A stretch of DNA of 64,000 nucleotides from the NCBI GenBank assembly GCA_041664365.1, contig JBAYKW010000006.1, positions 7,286 through 71,285 of the forward strand, written 5' to 3'. This document shows, piece by piece, positions 47,426-58,167 of the stretch. Position 1 is the first letter of the stretch; every line of letters starts with the position of its first letter. The notes beneath the pieces were generated by a model, which saw nothing but the letters and a program-made list of their open reading frames with translations, had not been told where the DNA came from and did not search any database. Source of the stretch: Patescibacteria group bacterium. Lineage in GTDB: Bacteria; Patescibacteriota; Patescibacteriia; UM-FILTER-42-10. Made by a program: the position numbers and the translations under genes.

Positions 47426-48250
47426 ATGGTAAAAATTATCAACGGCCGGAAACTGGCAGTCAGTATTCGCCGGAATCTGAAAAGAAAAATTGCAAAATCA
47501 AATATCCAGCCCGGACTGGCTGCTATTTTGGTCGGCAATGACCCGGCGTCGGAAACTTATGTCGGACTAAAGGAAAAAGCTTCCGCCGAGGTCGGTATCT
47601 ATTTTGAAAAATATCTGTTTCCTGCCAAAACTGCGCAGACAGCCATTATTCAAAAAGTAAAAGAACTGAATCGGGATAAAAAAATTCACGGAATTCTAGT
47701 GCAGTTACCACTGCCCGGTCGGTTGAATGAAAACAAAGTAATCCAGGCGATTGATGTCAGGAAAGATGCGGACGGGTTTCACGCGGAAAATGTAAAATTA
47801 TTTCTGAGAGGGAAATCCATTATACAACCCGGCCTGCCATATGGGATTGTAGTGCTTTTGGTAAGTACTCATATTTCACTGAAAAATAAACACGCACATA
47901 TTCTGGCGAAGAGCCCGATCTTCATCGGCCCTTTGAAAAAGATGCTGGAAGAAAAAGGGGTTAAGGTTACTTCAGGAAGAAAGATTATATCAGCAAAGGA
48001 TGCGGACATTGTAATTAGTGCTTTGGGGAAACCGCATTTTGTCCGAGCAAAACACATTAAAAAAGGCGTGATCATTATTGATGTCGGATACAATCGGAAA
48101 GGAAAAAAAGTTGTCGGTGATGTACATCCTTCGGTAATAAAAAAAGCCGGCTATCTTTCGCCGGTGCCGGGTGGGGTGGGTCCGATGACGGTCGCTTTGC
48201 TTCTGGAAAATACGTACCAGCTGGCAAAGCATATCAGGCGCCATTCATAA
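47426..48250 (+). CDS. folD: Methylenetetrahydrofolate dehydrogenase/cyclohydrolase
   Basis: GILVQLPLP, KDADGFH, PVPGGVGPMTVA. Confidence 0.95.
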   Translation: MVKIINGRKLAVSIRRNLKRKIAKSNIQPGLAAILVGNDPASETYVGLKEKASAEVGIYFEKYLFPAKTAQTAIIQKVKELNRDKKIHGILVQLPLPGRLNENKVIQAIDVRKDADGFHAENVKLFLRGKSIIQPGLPYGIVVLLVSTHISLKNKHAHILAKSPIFIGPLKKMLEEKGVKVTSGRKIISAKDADIVISALGKPHFVRAKHIKKGVIIIDVGYNRKGKKVVGDVHPSVIKKAGYLSPVPGGVGPMTVALLLENTYQLAKHIRRHS

Positions 48251-48692
48251 TCCCTTTGACCCAATCCTTCCACTCACCGTTATTGTCATCTTCTGCTTGA
48301 AAGTGACGCCAAAATTCTTGTGGCTTCACCATTTTTATATTTTTGTATTCGCCAAGGAACAGAAGATCATTGTCTTCCGTCACAATGAATCCGGCCTTTC
48401 CATCGACCGCCGCTTCAATCAGTTTATTATCTTCCTTGTCCCATTTCACTACATTCACCCTGGTTTTGTGCGGGATGTGCTTTGATTTTCTGTAGAAATC
48501 CTCCAGTATCTCAAGATAGGCTTTTTCCCTGATCAATTCCCTTGATTTCTGTCTGTTTTCCTTCAGCAGGGAACGGTTAAAGACCGCCTGAAGCTTCATT
48601 TGCCGGCAGGCTTCAATAATCCGGAAGGAGTAGCTGGATTCGTCCTGCACCCCGGTGATTAATACGTTCGTGTCTAAAACTATTCTGATCAT
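48234..48692 (-). CDS. PIN-domain ribonuclease (putative toxin)
   Basis: RIVLDTNV, DKEDNKLIEAA..GKA.FIVTEDNDLL. Confidence 0.88.
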   Translation of the reverse strand: MIRIVLDTNVLITGVQDESSYSFRIIEACRQMKLQAVFNRSLLKENRQKSRELIREKAYLEILEDFYRKSKHIPHKTRVNVVKWDKEDNKLIEAAVDGKAGFIVTEDNDLLFLGEYKNIKMVKPQEFWRHFQAEDDNNGEWKDWVKGIMNGA

Positions 48693-48889
48693 GGTGTTAT
48701 TCTATAGGTCTTGTTACAAGTTAGCAAATATCTGGTATGATTGGGTGGTAAATGGTAATCGGCAATTCGTAATTGGTAATTGTATTCTAATATCCATGTT
48801 ACAATAATATGACTATTTACCAATTATAGCCGCGAATTAATTCGCGGCTAACCCTTACCCCTAAAACCTAATTCCTAACAACAACCACC

Positions 48890-49954
48890 ATGTCCTTCTC
48901 TATCGGAATCGTTGGTCTGCCGAATGTCGGAAAATCAACCCTATTTATCGCTTTAACCAAAAAACAGGTAGATGCGTCTAACTATCCTTTTTGTACGATC
49001 GAACCGAATGTTGGAGTAGTGGCAGTGCCGGATGATCGACTGGATAAACTAACTAAAATCTACAATTCAGAAAAAACTATTCATACAACCATAGAGTTTG
49101 TTGATATTGCCGGACTTGTAAAAGGTGCGGCTAAGGGCGAAGGTTTAGGTAATAAATTTTTGGCGCATATCCGGGAAGTGGATGCGATTGTGGAAGTAGT
49201 ACGTGATTTCAAAAACGACGACATTATTCATGTGAACGGAAAAATCGATCCGGAAGAGGATGTCGCGACCATTAATCTGGAACTGATTCTGGCTGATCTG
49301 GAAACTGTGAGTAAGCGGTTAGGACCACTCGAAAAACAAACCAAAGCATCAAAAGACAAGGACCTGTTAAAAAACGTAGAGGTACTGCAGAACCTGAAAA
49401 AGATTTTGGAAAGTGAACAGTTCGCTATAAGTATGGAAGTGAATAAAGAGGATATTAAGTATGTTAAGGAATTGAGCCTTTTAACCTATAAGCCGGTGCT
49501 ATATGTCTATAATGTTTCGGAAGACGAGATCAATACCCTGCGGGACAACCGCAAAACACCCAATCTGGCTATTTGTGCCAAACTGGAAGCGGAACTGGCG
49601 ACACTGCCCGAAGATGAAGTGAAAGAATACCTGGCGGAGATGAAAATAGAACAGACCGGACTAGAAAAACTAATTGTGGAATCATATAAAATGCTGGGGC
49701 TGGTTACCTTCCTGACCGCCGGTCCCAAAGAAACCCGCGCCTGGACAGTGAAAAAGGGAACGCTGGCTCCCCAGGCGGCCGGGGTAATCCATACCGATTT
49801 TGAAAAAGGCTTTGTCCGCGCGGAAGTGACCAACTGGCAGGATCTGGTGGAACAAGGCGGAGAACAGGGAGCGAAAGAAAAGGGCCTAATGCATCTGGAA
49901 GGCAAAGAATACGAGGTAAAAGACGGGGACACGATCTATTTCCGAATTGCCTAG
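48890..49954 (+). CDS. ychF: Ribosome-binding ATPase YchF
   Basis: [40 protein letters not shown]. Confidence 0.98.
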   Translation: MSFSIGIVGLPNVGKSTLFIALTKKQVDASNYPFCTIEPNVGVVAVPDDRLDKLTKIYNSEKTIHTTIEFVDIAGLVKGAAKGEGLGNKFLAHIREVDAIVEVVRDFKNDDIIHVNGKIDPEEDVATINLELILADLETVSKRLGPLEKQTKASKDKDLLKNVEVLQNLKKILESEQFAISMEVNKEDIKYVKELSLLTYKPVLYVYNVSEDEINTLRDNRKTPNLAICAKLEAELATLPEDEVKEYLAEMKIEQTGLEKLIVESYKMLGLVTFLTAGPKETRAWTVKKGTLAPQAAGVIHTDFEKGFVRAEVTNWQDLVEQGGEQGAKEKGLMHLEGKEYEVKDGDTIYFRIA

Positions 49955-50027
49955 TTGCTTTACTCGTCTAAAGTATGATAATATAAAAACAGGGTCACTA
50001 ATGAGTCACTTCTTCTGAGGAGTCGGC

Positions 50028-50198
50028 ATGGACGACGACACAACCAAGCGAACATCTGCTCCGCACAAGAAGAGGTATGTCCCTCCCCCCGCAACCAAGA
50101 ACGGTCTGTTGACCAGAAAGGGGGCCATCGTGCTCCAGTCCCGCAGGGAAGCTCCCCGTACGAGGAAGTTCATGGTTGCCGAGTCAGCTATAAGCTAG
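50028..50198 (+). CDS. Small basic orphan protein (56 aa)
   Basis: GAGGAG SD; hand-read ORF MDDDTTKRTSAPHKKRYVPPP... Confidence 0.45.
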   Translation: MDDDTTKRTSAPHKKRYVPPPATKNGLLTRKGAIVLQSRREAPRTRKFMVAESAIS

Positions 50199-50523
50199 AG
50201 AGGGGGTGATCATATCTCTCTCAAGGGTAGGCGAGAGCCTAAATCTAACCCTTGGGAGTACGAAGGGAGGTGATCCCGTCAGATCGTTTTCATGACCACA
50301 GGTCGTGTTTCAATACTCATGCGCCGAGGCTTATCTGGGAGGGAAGCTTCGGCATTTTTTCTAAATAAATAAAATTTACGGACCACAAAGCGTGGTTTTT
50401 TTGATTAAAAATCCAAATATTTTATTGAGATTCAAAGCGATAGATATTGACAATCTGATGGTTCTTGCTAATATATTGGACTGGTCGCACATTCACAGTA
50501 AAACGAGTGGAGGAGGTGATGCA

Positions 50524-50757
50524 ATGTCACCCAACGATGAGCATGAGTTGAATTCTCACATCTTCAAGGCCAAGTCCATGCAGGAACTCTATAGTCGCAT
50601 GGGAGCCTGGCGGAAGATACGCAGGAGAACCTTTCTCTTTATCAGCATCGAACAAAACGGTGATATGTTCCGTGCTATCGCACTGACCGATCCGAGTGAG
50701 GTGGTAAATACCAGCATGGATGGTAATAGCCATGCCGATGTCACCGAACTCAAATAA
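50524..50757 (+). CDS. Hypothetical protein
   Basis: GGAGGTGA SD before ATG 50524; TTGACA at ~50447. Confidence 0.6.
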   Translation: MSPNDEHELNSHIFKAKSMQELYSRMGAWRKIRRRTFLFISIEQNGDMFRAIALTDPSEVVNTSMDGNSHADVTELK

Positions 50758-50968
50758 TTGGGCACTAGATAAGAGGATCTATCTACACGGCAATAGACCC
50801 TCTTTTTTCTTTGCAAAAAATTTGCCAGCATTATTAATAATCACATATTTGGCCACTGCAATGTGGTTTTTTGATATCCGTTCAACAAAGAGATCTTATA
50901 AATTAGACAAAAATATGGATATTGACTAGTATGAAAATAGCTTTCGTCTTTCCTTACCGGATTGCAAA

Positions 50969-51199
50969 GTGTGGTCAGCAGACGAGGAGGTGAGCGGAGT
51001 GAATCTCAGCACCTTCACCAGAATGGCAATGGGCCCTGCCCGTGATGATGCGGTTGCTGCGGCATATCGTCAACTCTGGCGCTCGGCTGATCGGGATGCG
51101 GCATTAGACGTACTACACTTCCACCGGCATATGCTGGGATGGCAGCTCTTCATCGAAGATTCCGTTCCCGTTCGGGAAAAGGCAAAACGACCCGCCTAA
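50969..51199 (+). CDS. Small hypothetical protein
   Basis: GC-rich ORF with GAGGAGG SD (true start probably GTG ~50999) and terminator hairpin. Confidence 0.4.
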   Translation: MWSADEEVSGVNLSTFTRMAMGPARDDAVAAAYRQLWRSADRDAALDVLHFHRHMLGWQLFIEDSVPVREKAKRPA

Positions 51200-51330
51200 A
51201 GAGGTCGTTTTTTTAAAATGTTTTTTTGACGGCAATATCAAATAAATCACAAATGATTCTGTTACTTAACTAAAAATCTTAGCCACGCTAGGATTTTTAG
51301 TATTCACGATAGTGAAGATGCATTGATATT

Positions 51331-52083
51331 TTATTGAGGGAAACTAATATTTACGACATCATTTTTGTAATAGAAGTCGATCCAACGGCCACTATAGCTT
51401 GATTGTATTGGAGAATTATTTAAAGTCAATTTATACCAAATATCTTGTTGTTCTGATTGGTAGGTAAGATAAAAATTTGATTTGAATGGATTATTCAAAG
51501 TTAGTATTCTTTCTACATCTTCTGTACATGCTTCTCGTTGTCCGCCATCACCACAAAATGCGTCATAGCTTTGTGTTATTTGTATTTCTCCAACTTTTCT
51601 ATTAGCTAAATAAGCTCGGGCATAAAATTTGCCAGTTAATTGGTCACCATTGCTATCTTCTGTTAAATCAACCTCTAGGGATATTTTTATTTGATCACAG
51701 TTATTACCATATTGTGAACATATAGGCGACATATACTCATTTACTTGAACTGTTTCCCCGGCGATATATGATGAGTTATCTTGTATGTCAATATTGCCAT
51801 TAGTGGTGGGTTGATTTACGTTTGTATTTACTACTTGGTTTGTGTTTGTATTAGCAGTATTATTTATATTTGAATTTAAAGATGTGTTAGCGTTTACAAT
51901 AACTGAATTTGTATTTGTGGTAATCGTGTTTGTATTTTCAGTATCACTCTGAGATACAAAATACCATATTAAACCACCACCGATCAAAACGGCCACTGCT
52001 ATTATGGAAACCATTAATACTGGTGCAATTCCTCTTTTATTTATCATACTTGTTGATATTAATTTTAATTTCTTACTTATCAA
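51331..52083 (-). CDS. Secreted or membrane-anchored Asn-rich protein
   Basis: KRG|IAPVL prepilin-like start, TM helix, NTN-rich linker. Confidence 0.75.
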   Translation of the reverse strand: MISKKLKLISTSMINKRGIAPVLMVSIIAVAVLIGGGLIWYFVSQSDTENTNTITTNTNSVIVNANTSLNSNINNTANTNTNQVVNTNVNQPTTNGNIDIQDNSSYIAGETVQVNEYMSPICSQYGNNCDQIKISLEVDLTEDSNGDQLTGKFYARAYLANRKVGEIQITQSYDAFCGDGGQREACTEDVERILTLNNPFKSNFYLTYQSEQQDIWYKLTLNNSPIQSSYSGRWIDFYYKNDVVNISFPQ

Positions 52084-52188
52084 ATTATATCACAGACAAA
52101 ATGCGATGTCTTGTCATAAACAAAAAAATGCATCAAAAAAAGTTCGGTTTAATATCTGTCAATTCGGGGTTAGTTCTTATGACTGTCT

Positions 52189-52297
52189 GCAGAGCAAGCT
52201 CTGCACCTACATTGTATTTTGAATGAAATATTACATTTTGGTGTAGGTGGCGAGTTTGCCAGATGCAGTTATTCGCAACTGCACGGGCTTGCTCGCC
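52189..52297. repeat. GTAG-type REP doublet (REPIN-like) with a nested 33-bp insert
   Basis: gcagagcaagctctgcacctac...gtaggtggcgag; uninterrupted copy at 56036-56114. Confidence 0.8.
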
Positions 52298-52311
52298 TAA
52301 CTATTATTCAG

Positions 52312-52557
52312 CTAATGTTTGCGTGTACTCTTATATTTTTCTATACGATAAATTAATATATACGCAATAAAAATTGGAATGAATAATTTAAATGAGAGAT
52401 AATATCTAAAACTAAAAACATCATGCAAGAAATCGCCAATAACGTCACCTAATAAAACGATAAATCCCGCAGTTAAACCAATACGCAATTCACTTATAAT
52501 AGTTGATTTCTCTGAATCAAATTTTGATTTATCCATTTTTTTGAAAAAGTAATACAC
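52312..52557 (-). CDS. Small two-TM hypothetical protein
   Basis: Hydrophobic pattern only. Confidence 0.5.
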   Translation of the reverse strand: MYYFFKKMDKSKFDSEKSTIISELRIGLTAGFIVLLGDVIGDFLHDVFSFRYYLSFKLFIPIFIAYILIYRIEKYKSTRKH

Positions 52558-52568
52558 TTAATTTGTAG

Positions 52569-54143
52569 CTATTTACTTTTCTTTTTAATAATTTTTATTA
52601 TACCTTTATTTGCGTTAACTTCTACTAAATCACCGTCATTTAAAACACTGGTTGCTATTTTAGTTCCGATAACGCATGGTTTTTTTAATTCTCTGGCAAT
52701 GATCGCCGCGTGGCAAGTTAACCCTCCATCATCAGTAATAATAGCGCTTGAGTTAAAAATAGCCGGCATGTATTTGGGGCTGGTCATGCCTGCAACTAGA
52801 ATATCGCCTTTTTTTACTTTCCCAACTTCGCTGGCATTGTGTATGATTTTTACTGTCCCGGTAACCATGCCGGTTGATGCTATAGTGCCTTTGATAGAAT
52901 TGCCGGGCACATTTCTTAATGGCTGGTTGCTGTTTTTGAAAACATTTTCTCTTTGCTTGCGTGCTTCTTTACCTAAATAATACTGTTTTACCCCCACAGA
53001 TCCGGGTGAGGCAAAGGCTGCACAAAATTTTTGTTTTTTTTGGGTGTATTGCGGAGTGATTTTATTTTTCTCATTTAACAACTTATTTAATTCATCGTCC
53101 CATAAATATTGAACATCTGTTTTTGTTAGTCCTGCCCGTTTTGAGACCTCTTGATAAAAATTACTGAAGCAATAATGGATATAGTCATCTGTTACGTTTC
53201 TCAAATCTTTGGTATAAGAAATCATTTCCAGTGCGTAAAAAACTTGTTTTTCTTTTTCCTTAAATTTGCAAATTTTGCGAATTTCTTTTTTTGTCGGTAG
53301 CTTTGATTGTATGTAATCCCTTGATTGCAGTAATTCTTTTACAGCCGTTTTATAATTTAAGGCAGGTCCTGTGTAATTAAAACCAACCCAGCAGTATTTA
53401 TTGATAAATCTTTTTATTTCCGCATAAAGCTCCGGATGGTTGCTCATTAGAAATTTTTCACTTCTGTACCCACTCAAAAATTTCTTATATTTTTTTGATA
53501 ATTTTGCAATAACTTTTTCCTTCTCTTGGTAAATAGTTGTGTCATCCGGGACAATAAGGATACCTAATGCCTGGTCGGGGGAAATATTTATTTTATTGAG
53601 CGCCGCACTATATTTATTGATAATTGTTTTAGCGTCACTTTGTAATACAGGAGTACACCATGTTATAAATCCATAAATGTATGATAGGACATATTTATTG
53701 ACGGAATTGGTGTATATTTTTAAAATTTGCTTGTTATTAAATTTTTTCCAATGTTCATTGTCGAATGCCATAGCCGAAATTTTTGCATCATGGCATTTCC
53801 GTTTTAATTTTATTAAATGCTTATTGAGTTTAGATTTTGAATATAATATTTCAGTCGCCCGCTTAATAGCTAAACGATATTCTTTTCCGTGGAGATAAAA
53901 TTCTACATTGTTATCATACCAAAAACATGCAGACGGAATGCCTGCACCGTAAATTTTTTCATTTTCTTTGCTCAGGGCGCTAAATTTTATCTTATACCAA
54001 ACAGGCAAAGGAGGTATGTCAGGTCTTTTAGTTAGTAAAAACCATTCAGTATTAACCGCCTCATTAATTAATCGGTCGATTTTGGAGGTTTTGATCAAAA
54101 TATTTTTATTCTTGCTTTGTGATTTCGTTTGCGCCGAAATCAA
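52569..54143 (-). CDS. Protein with C-terminal PEP-utilising phosphohistidine swivel domain
   Basis: GDILVAGMTSP, ITDDGGLTCHAAIIARELKKPCVIG; start uncertain. Confidence 0.85.
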   Translation of the reverse strand: MISAQTKSQSKNKNILIKTSKIDRLINEAVNTEWFLLTKRPDIPPLPVWYKIKFSALSKENEKIYGAGIPSACFWYDNNVEFYLHGKEYRLAIKRATEILYSKSKLNKHLIKLKRKCHDAKISAMAFDNEHWKKFNNKQILKIYTNSVNKYVLSYIYGFITWCTPVLQSDAKTIINKYSAALNKINISPDQALGILIVPDDTTIYQEKEKVIAKLSKKYKKFLSGYRSEKFLMSNHPELYAEIKRFINKYCWVGFNYTGPALNYKTAVKELLQSRDYIQSKLPTKKEIRKICKFKEKEKQVFYALEMISYTKDLRNVTDDYIHYCFSNFYQEVSKRAGLTKTDVQYLWDDELNKLLNEKNKITPQYTQKKQKFCAAFASPGSVGVKQYYLGKEARKQRENVFKNSNQPLRNVPGNSIKGTIASTGMVTGTVKIIHNASEVGKVKKGDILVAGMTSPKYMPAIFNSSAIITDDGGLTCHAAIIARELKKPCVIGTKIATSVLNDGDLVEVNANKGIIKIIKKKSK

Positions 54144-55119
54144 TATCTAGTTGTTCTAACCGTGAACGATCTATATAAACACTTCCATTAACATTTCTTC
54201 CCGTTTCAAATATTACCGGAATTTTTTCAGGGATATTGTCGGGGTCTGTGCCAATGTCCAAATAAATAGATTCTGCCGGTTGGATATATCCGCCTAAATC
54301 ATCGGAATCCATTTTATCAATACCGTATATTTCCTCGCCATCTGGTTTAACGAGTATGCCGGCATCTTTTAACAGTGACTCGGCAAACATCCCGTGGGTA
54401 GTAATATTAATTACCACATCTTTTTTTAGTGGGGTATCTTTTCTTTTTTTTGAGTACCGGGCTAATAATTTTTCTTTACTGACCAGTTGATGAGACAAAC
54501 CGGCGGCCATTTTTTTTACGGCATCAGGATTATCTAGCACACTTTCAAAACCAATTTTTTGATGTTTTTGTCTGATCGGTGCAATTTGCTTTTGAATTTC
54601 TTTTGGTAGTTTTTCTATATCTACCATGAGTTCACCATTGGAATTGGCTTTGGTTAAAGTACCGCTTGTGTCTTCGTTCAAAACGGAGTTTATTAACTGT
54701 GCCAATTCCGGGTATTCTGCATTAATTTCATCTAAAGTAGCTTCTTCAATCATTAACTTAGCATCTTTAATAACTGACGGATCAAGCACGTCATACTGAA
54801 TCCCTTTAACCATCCTGGTTTTATAACGCTCTCCGGTCGCAGGAGATTTAACATCAGCTTCTATGCCGATATTTTCCGCCGTTTCGTATGTCCTACCGCT
54901 GGGATGATCGCTGGCGTAAGATTTTAATACCTCAACGTCTTTTAATGCTTCTCCTTTAGCTTTCGCGTGGGCGACACCCTCCGGGCTCAATTCGCCGGAA
55001 GGCATCCGTTCAGCGTGCCTTGTAATCATAATGTAATAGCGAGGTATTTTTTCAACTTCAATATTCGCGGACATTTCCGTTTGTGGTAGTCCTGAAAAGG
55101 TATCTGGTGATTTGTTCAT
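54106..55119 (-). CDS. Histidine phosphatase-superfamily protein
   Basis: TRHAER, LSPEG, RTYETA, TTHG motifs. Confidence 0.65.
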   Translation of the reverse strand: MNKSPDTFSGLPQTEMSANIEVEKIPRYYIMITRHAERMPSGELSPEGVAHAKAKGEALKDVEVLKSYASDHPSGRTYETAENIGIEADVKSPATGERYKTRMVKGIQYDVLDPSVIKDAKLMIEEATLDEINAEYPELAQLINSVLNEDTSGTLTKANSNGELMVDIEKLPKEIQKQIAPIRQKHQKIGFESVLDNPDAVKKMAAGLSHQLVSKEKLLARYSKKRKDTPLKKDVVINITTHGMFAESLLKDAGILVKPDGEEIYGIDKMDSDDLGGYIQPAESIYLDIGTDPDNIPEKIPVIFETGRNVNGSVYIDRSRLEQLDIDFGANEITKQE

Positions 55120-55279
55120 ATATTTAGTATAAATTTATTTTACCATTCTAGTTTCTATTTGAATCATCTCTCTAATCATACCTCCAAATTACCCGAATAA
55201 TCAATAGATCATACAGTGTTCAAGGCTGGTTTTGGTATATAAAAAAACCGCCATATTTCATGACGGGGAAGTCGTGGGA

Positions 55280-55600
55280 CTAGATGCCCCAGGGACGATA
55301 GATGGGGGAGGATGGAAATGAACGTTTGTTGTTGAAACGATCTCCCGGGGAAGGGGGTGTGACCCTGTGTTCGTGCGGCTGGGGCGCGGGGTTTGCGTCC
55401 TTGCCGCAGGCGTTGGGGGATTCGCGGATGATTTCCGCACCGTACTTGTCGTAGAGCACGCCGTGATCCCAATGCCACGGCGTCGGATGCTTCGCGACGA
55501 AGGTGGGCGAATTGGCCCACTTGCGGCGGAAGTTCTTCCGCCGACGCTGTGCCTGCCGGTCGCGAAGCAGTTCGGCATTGGGGTTTTTGCGTCTGGGCAT
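55280..55600 (-). CDS. GC-rich orphan protein
   Basis: GGAGG SD, own TTGACA/TAGGAT promoter. Confidence 0.5.
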   Translation of the reverse strand: MPRRKNPNAELLRDRQAQRRRKNFRRKWANSPTFVAKHPTPWHWDHGVLYDKYGAEIIRESPNACGKDANPAPQPHEHRVTPPSPGDRFNNKRSFPSSPIYRPWGI

Positions 55601-55726
55601 TTCTCTTCCCTCCGGTTACCGGAAACACAAAAACGACTGGGGAAGGACTTGTTTATCCTAGCTCCGGCTATTTTTCTTGTCAATAAAAAATGCACCAAAC
55701 CACAGGGTCCGATGCGGAGGTACTAT

Positions 55727-55894
55727 TTAGTCTGCATCACGGCGGATGAGACGGCGGAAGGGATTGCCTCTTTTTCGCGGAGGCATGCAGGGGATCGGTG
55801 GACCGCGATAACCATATAGTCGCCGGTAGGCTCGTTCCTCAAACTTGCGAGCAACTATGATGAACCTGCTGGAAGCCACATTGCGCTTTTCCAT
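55727..55894 (-). CDS. Small Arg-rich orphan protein
   Basis: AAAGGAGG SD before MEKRNVASS; own promoter and terminator. Confidence 0.5.
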   Translation of the reverse strand: MEKRNVASSRFIIVARKFEERAYRRLYGYRGPPIPCMPPRKRGNPFRRLIRRDAD

Positions 55895-56035
55895 TAGCCA
55901 CCCTCCTTTCCGGGAAAAGCTCCAATCCAAAAGCACCGGTATTATCTTATTCCCTATATGTTTTTTGTCAATTATAAGGAACCAGGTTGTTCAGTAAATA
56001 TCGGGATAGTTTTTACTACAGCTTATTGAATGACA

Positions 56036-56114
56036 GCAGAGCAAGCTCTGCGCCTACATTGTATTTTGAATGAAATATTACATTATTTTGGTGTAGGTGG
56101 CGAGCTTGCTCGCC
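56036..56114. repeat. GTAG-type REP doublet (REPIN-like)
   Basis: gcagagcaagctctgcgcctac...gtaggtggcgagcttgctcgcc. Confidence 0.8.
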
Positions 56115-56240
56115 TGATTATTATTTCCCTACTCATTCATATTTATTAGTTTAATTTCTTGGTTATCTTTAATAATAAAAAATGCACCAAACCACGGGGT
56201 TCGGTGCGGGCGCTGATTCCATGTCAATCAAGTGATGTGT

Positions 56241-56369
56241 CTAGTCGTACCAGTCCGCGCGTGCCTCCCGCGCGTAGGTCTCCCAGCGCATGCGCTCGAA
56301 CCATCTTGCCGCCCCGTTGTAGGCGGGGCATTCCTCATTACAGGATTTCCGACGGCAGTACGGACACAT
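56241..56369 (-). CDS. Small Cys-containing orphan (42 aa)
   Basis: GGAGG SD; MCPYCRRKSCNEECPAY...; TTGACT/TATACT promoter. Confidence 0.5.
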   Translation of the reverse strand: MCPYCRRKSCNEECPAYNGAARWFERMRWETYAREARADWYD

Positions 56370-56615
56370 GTGGTTCCCTCCAGAGTGATTGAGGTGGATG
56401 GACCAGCTTATCCCAGTATAAGGTAGATAATTATTTAGTCAAATAAAAAAGACCGTCATTACGGACAAGTCCTTTTCTTTATTCGAAAGCACTATCCTTT
56501 AAAACCTATCCTTTGATACCAATGCGGTTTTGATACTGCATCCGGACGCAAAGACTGATCTGCTTCGCTGGAAGTTATGGTGATCGGGTTGTTGCCGAAG
56601 TTTATTCCTATACTA

Positions 56616-56963
56616 TTATTCTTCCATAAGCTCATAAACTCTATCAGCTGCTTTACCGCTGATATGAAATTCTGTATCGCCGACATAGAAAGTAAAGCCT
56701 AGTTTTTCGGGGTCAGAAGTGGGAGATGTTTGGAAATTAGTAATCTCAAAATCTCCTGATTGCAAACTGTCTAGGTCAGCTTTTTTTGGAGCACTAATAT
56801 CGAAATCAAAACCATAATGGTTACTCAATCGTTCCGGGAACATGGCAAATTCTTCAGTGAGAAATTTTGTTATTGCTGATTTAAATCTCTTCTCATGAAC
56901 TTCGTTGGTTTCTTGAGATGGGGTGTCTTGAGATGGGGTGGAACCTACTGAACTTTCTTTCAT
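56616..56963 (-). CDS. Hypothetical protein
   Basis: ORF track only. Confidence 0.55.
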   Translation of the reverse strand: MKESSVGSTPSQDTPSQETNEVHEKRFKSAITKFLTEEFAMFPERLSNHYGFDFDISAPKKADLDSLQSGDFEITNFQTSPTSDPEKLGFTFYVGDTEFHISGKAADRVYELMEE

Positions 56964-57183
56964 GATAGTACTATTAGATTATTTAATATTTTTTGTATCT
57001 CAGGATAAACTGTCTAAAACAATTTTGGTTATTTCGTACACTGTTATTATGCGAAATTACTCTTTAATTCTACCCCAAATATTCTTTATAATCAAATGCA
57101 TTGCATTGAATTATGAATTAAAAAGTGCACCAAATTGATGCTTGGTTTTTCATTTATTCAAACAAAATTTTGTACAAACTAAT

Positions 57184-57567
57184 CTACAAATTATCATTTA
57201 GGAATTTTTTCAATGACGAAATATCTCTGGTGTCTTTATCGTAATGGTATGTATTAATCCCGATTGATTGAGCGCTTTCTACCGCTTCTTCATTATGCTC
57301 AAAATAAATAACATCTTTTGCATTAAAATTAAAATGTTCCAGCATTGTCTCGTAGTATTTAGGATCGGTTTTTTCCGGATTGTGTTTCAGTGTAAATACT
57401 TCATAGGGCATTTTATCCAGGCCGAATATTTTCATCTGCTCGTCATCGGCGCCGGTTAAAATAATTTTCCTGTTCGGATATTGCTCGAGCAGATCGTGCA
57501 TCGGTTCGTAGATACCCTCGTTCTTAATTACAAACGCATTGACCGCGTCTACTAAGATTGTTTTCAT
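57184..57567 (-). CDS. HAD-like hydrolase, degenerate
   Basis: ILVDAVN, PEKTDPKYY, YFEHNEEAVESAQSIGI. Confidence 0.75.
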   Translation of the reverse strand: MKTILVDAVNAFVIKNEGIYEPMHDLLEQYPNRKIILTGADDEQMKIFGLDKMPYEVFTLKHNPEKTDPKYYETMLEHFNFNAKDVIYFEHNEEAVESAQSIGINTYHYDKDTRDISSLKKFLNDNL

Positions 57568-57585
57568 GACTTTTTAGTTTAAAGA

Positions 57586-58158
57586 TTATGTGGTGGCAAT
57601 ATTAGTTGATGATTTAATAGCATTAAATAATTTATTATAGTCAATATCATTAAAATCAGTAGTGTCAATGTCAAATAGTTCACCACCAATATCAATTGAT
57701 TCAATTCTTCCTGTTGATAATATTTTTTTCCATTCCACTAAATTTTGATTATCAATATGTCCAGGATGCCTCTCGCTAGATTCAGAACGTCTTTTAAATC
57801 TGTCAAAAAGTATTTTTCCGTCCGTGATACATCTGATTTGAAATGGAAAAAAATGGTATTCATTTTTTAGCTCTGTTAATTTTTGATTTGCAAATTTTGG
57901 ATCAAAGTTTGTTTCAATAATTAATGAACTATTAGTCTTTAACAGCGATTCAGTAATATAATAAAGTAAATCGTAACTTACGCTACCAATTTTTTTAGAC
58001 CATTTTAGATCAGACCAGCCCAAACTATCAAAAAGTAATTCTTTAATGTCATCTTTACTGATAAAAGGCAAACATAGCTCTTTAGATAATTTTTTGCCCA
58101 AAGTCGTTTTTCCCGTTCCAGGGAGCCCTGTAATTATTATAAGCGTTGTTTTTGGCAT
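57586..58158 (-). CDS. P-loop nucleotide kinase (AAA_33-like)
   Basis: GLPGTGKTT, SKDDIKE, RHPGH. Confidence 0.85.
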   Translation of the reverse strand: MPKTTLIIITGLPGTGKTTLGKKLSKELCLPFISKDDIKELLFDSLGWSDLKWSKKIGSVSYDLLYYITESLLKTNSSLIIETNFDPKFANQKLTELKNEYHFFPFQIRCITDGKILFDRFKRRSESSERHPGHIDNQNLVEWKKILSTGRIESIDIGGELFDIDTTDFNDIDYNKLFNAIKSSTNIATT

Positions 58159-58167
58159 TTTTATAGT

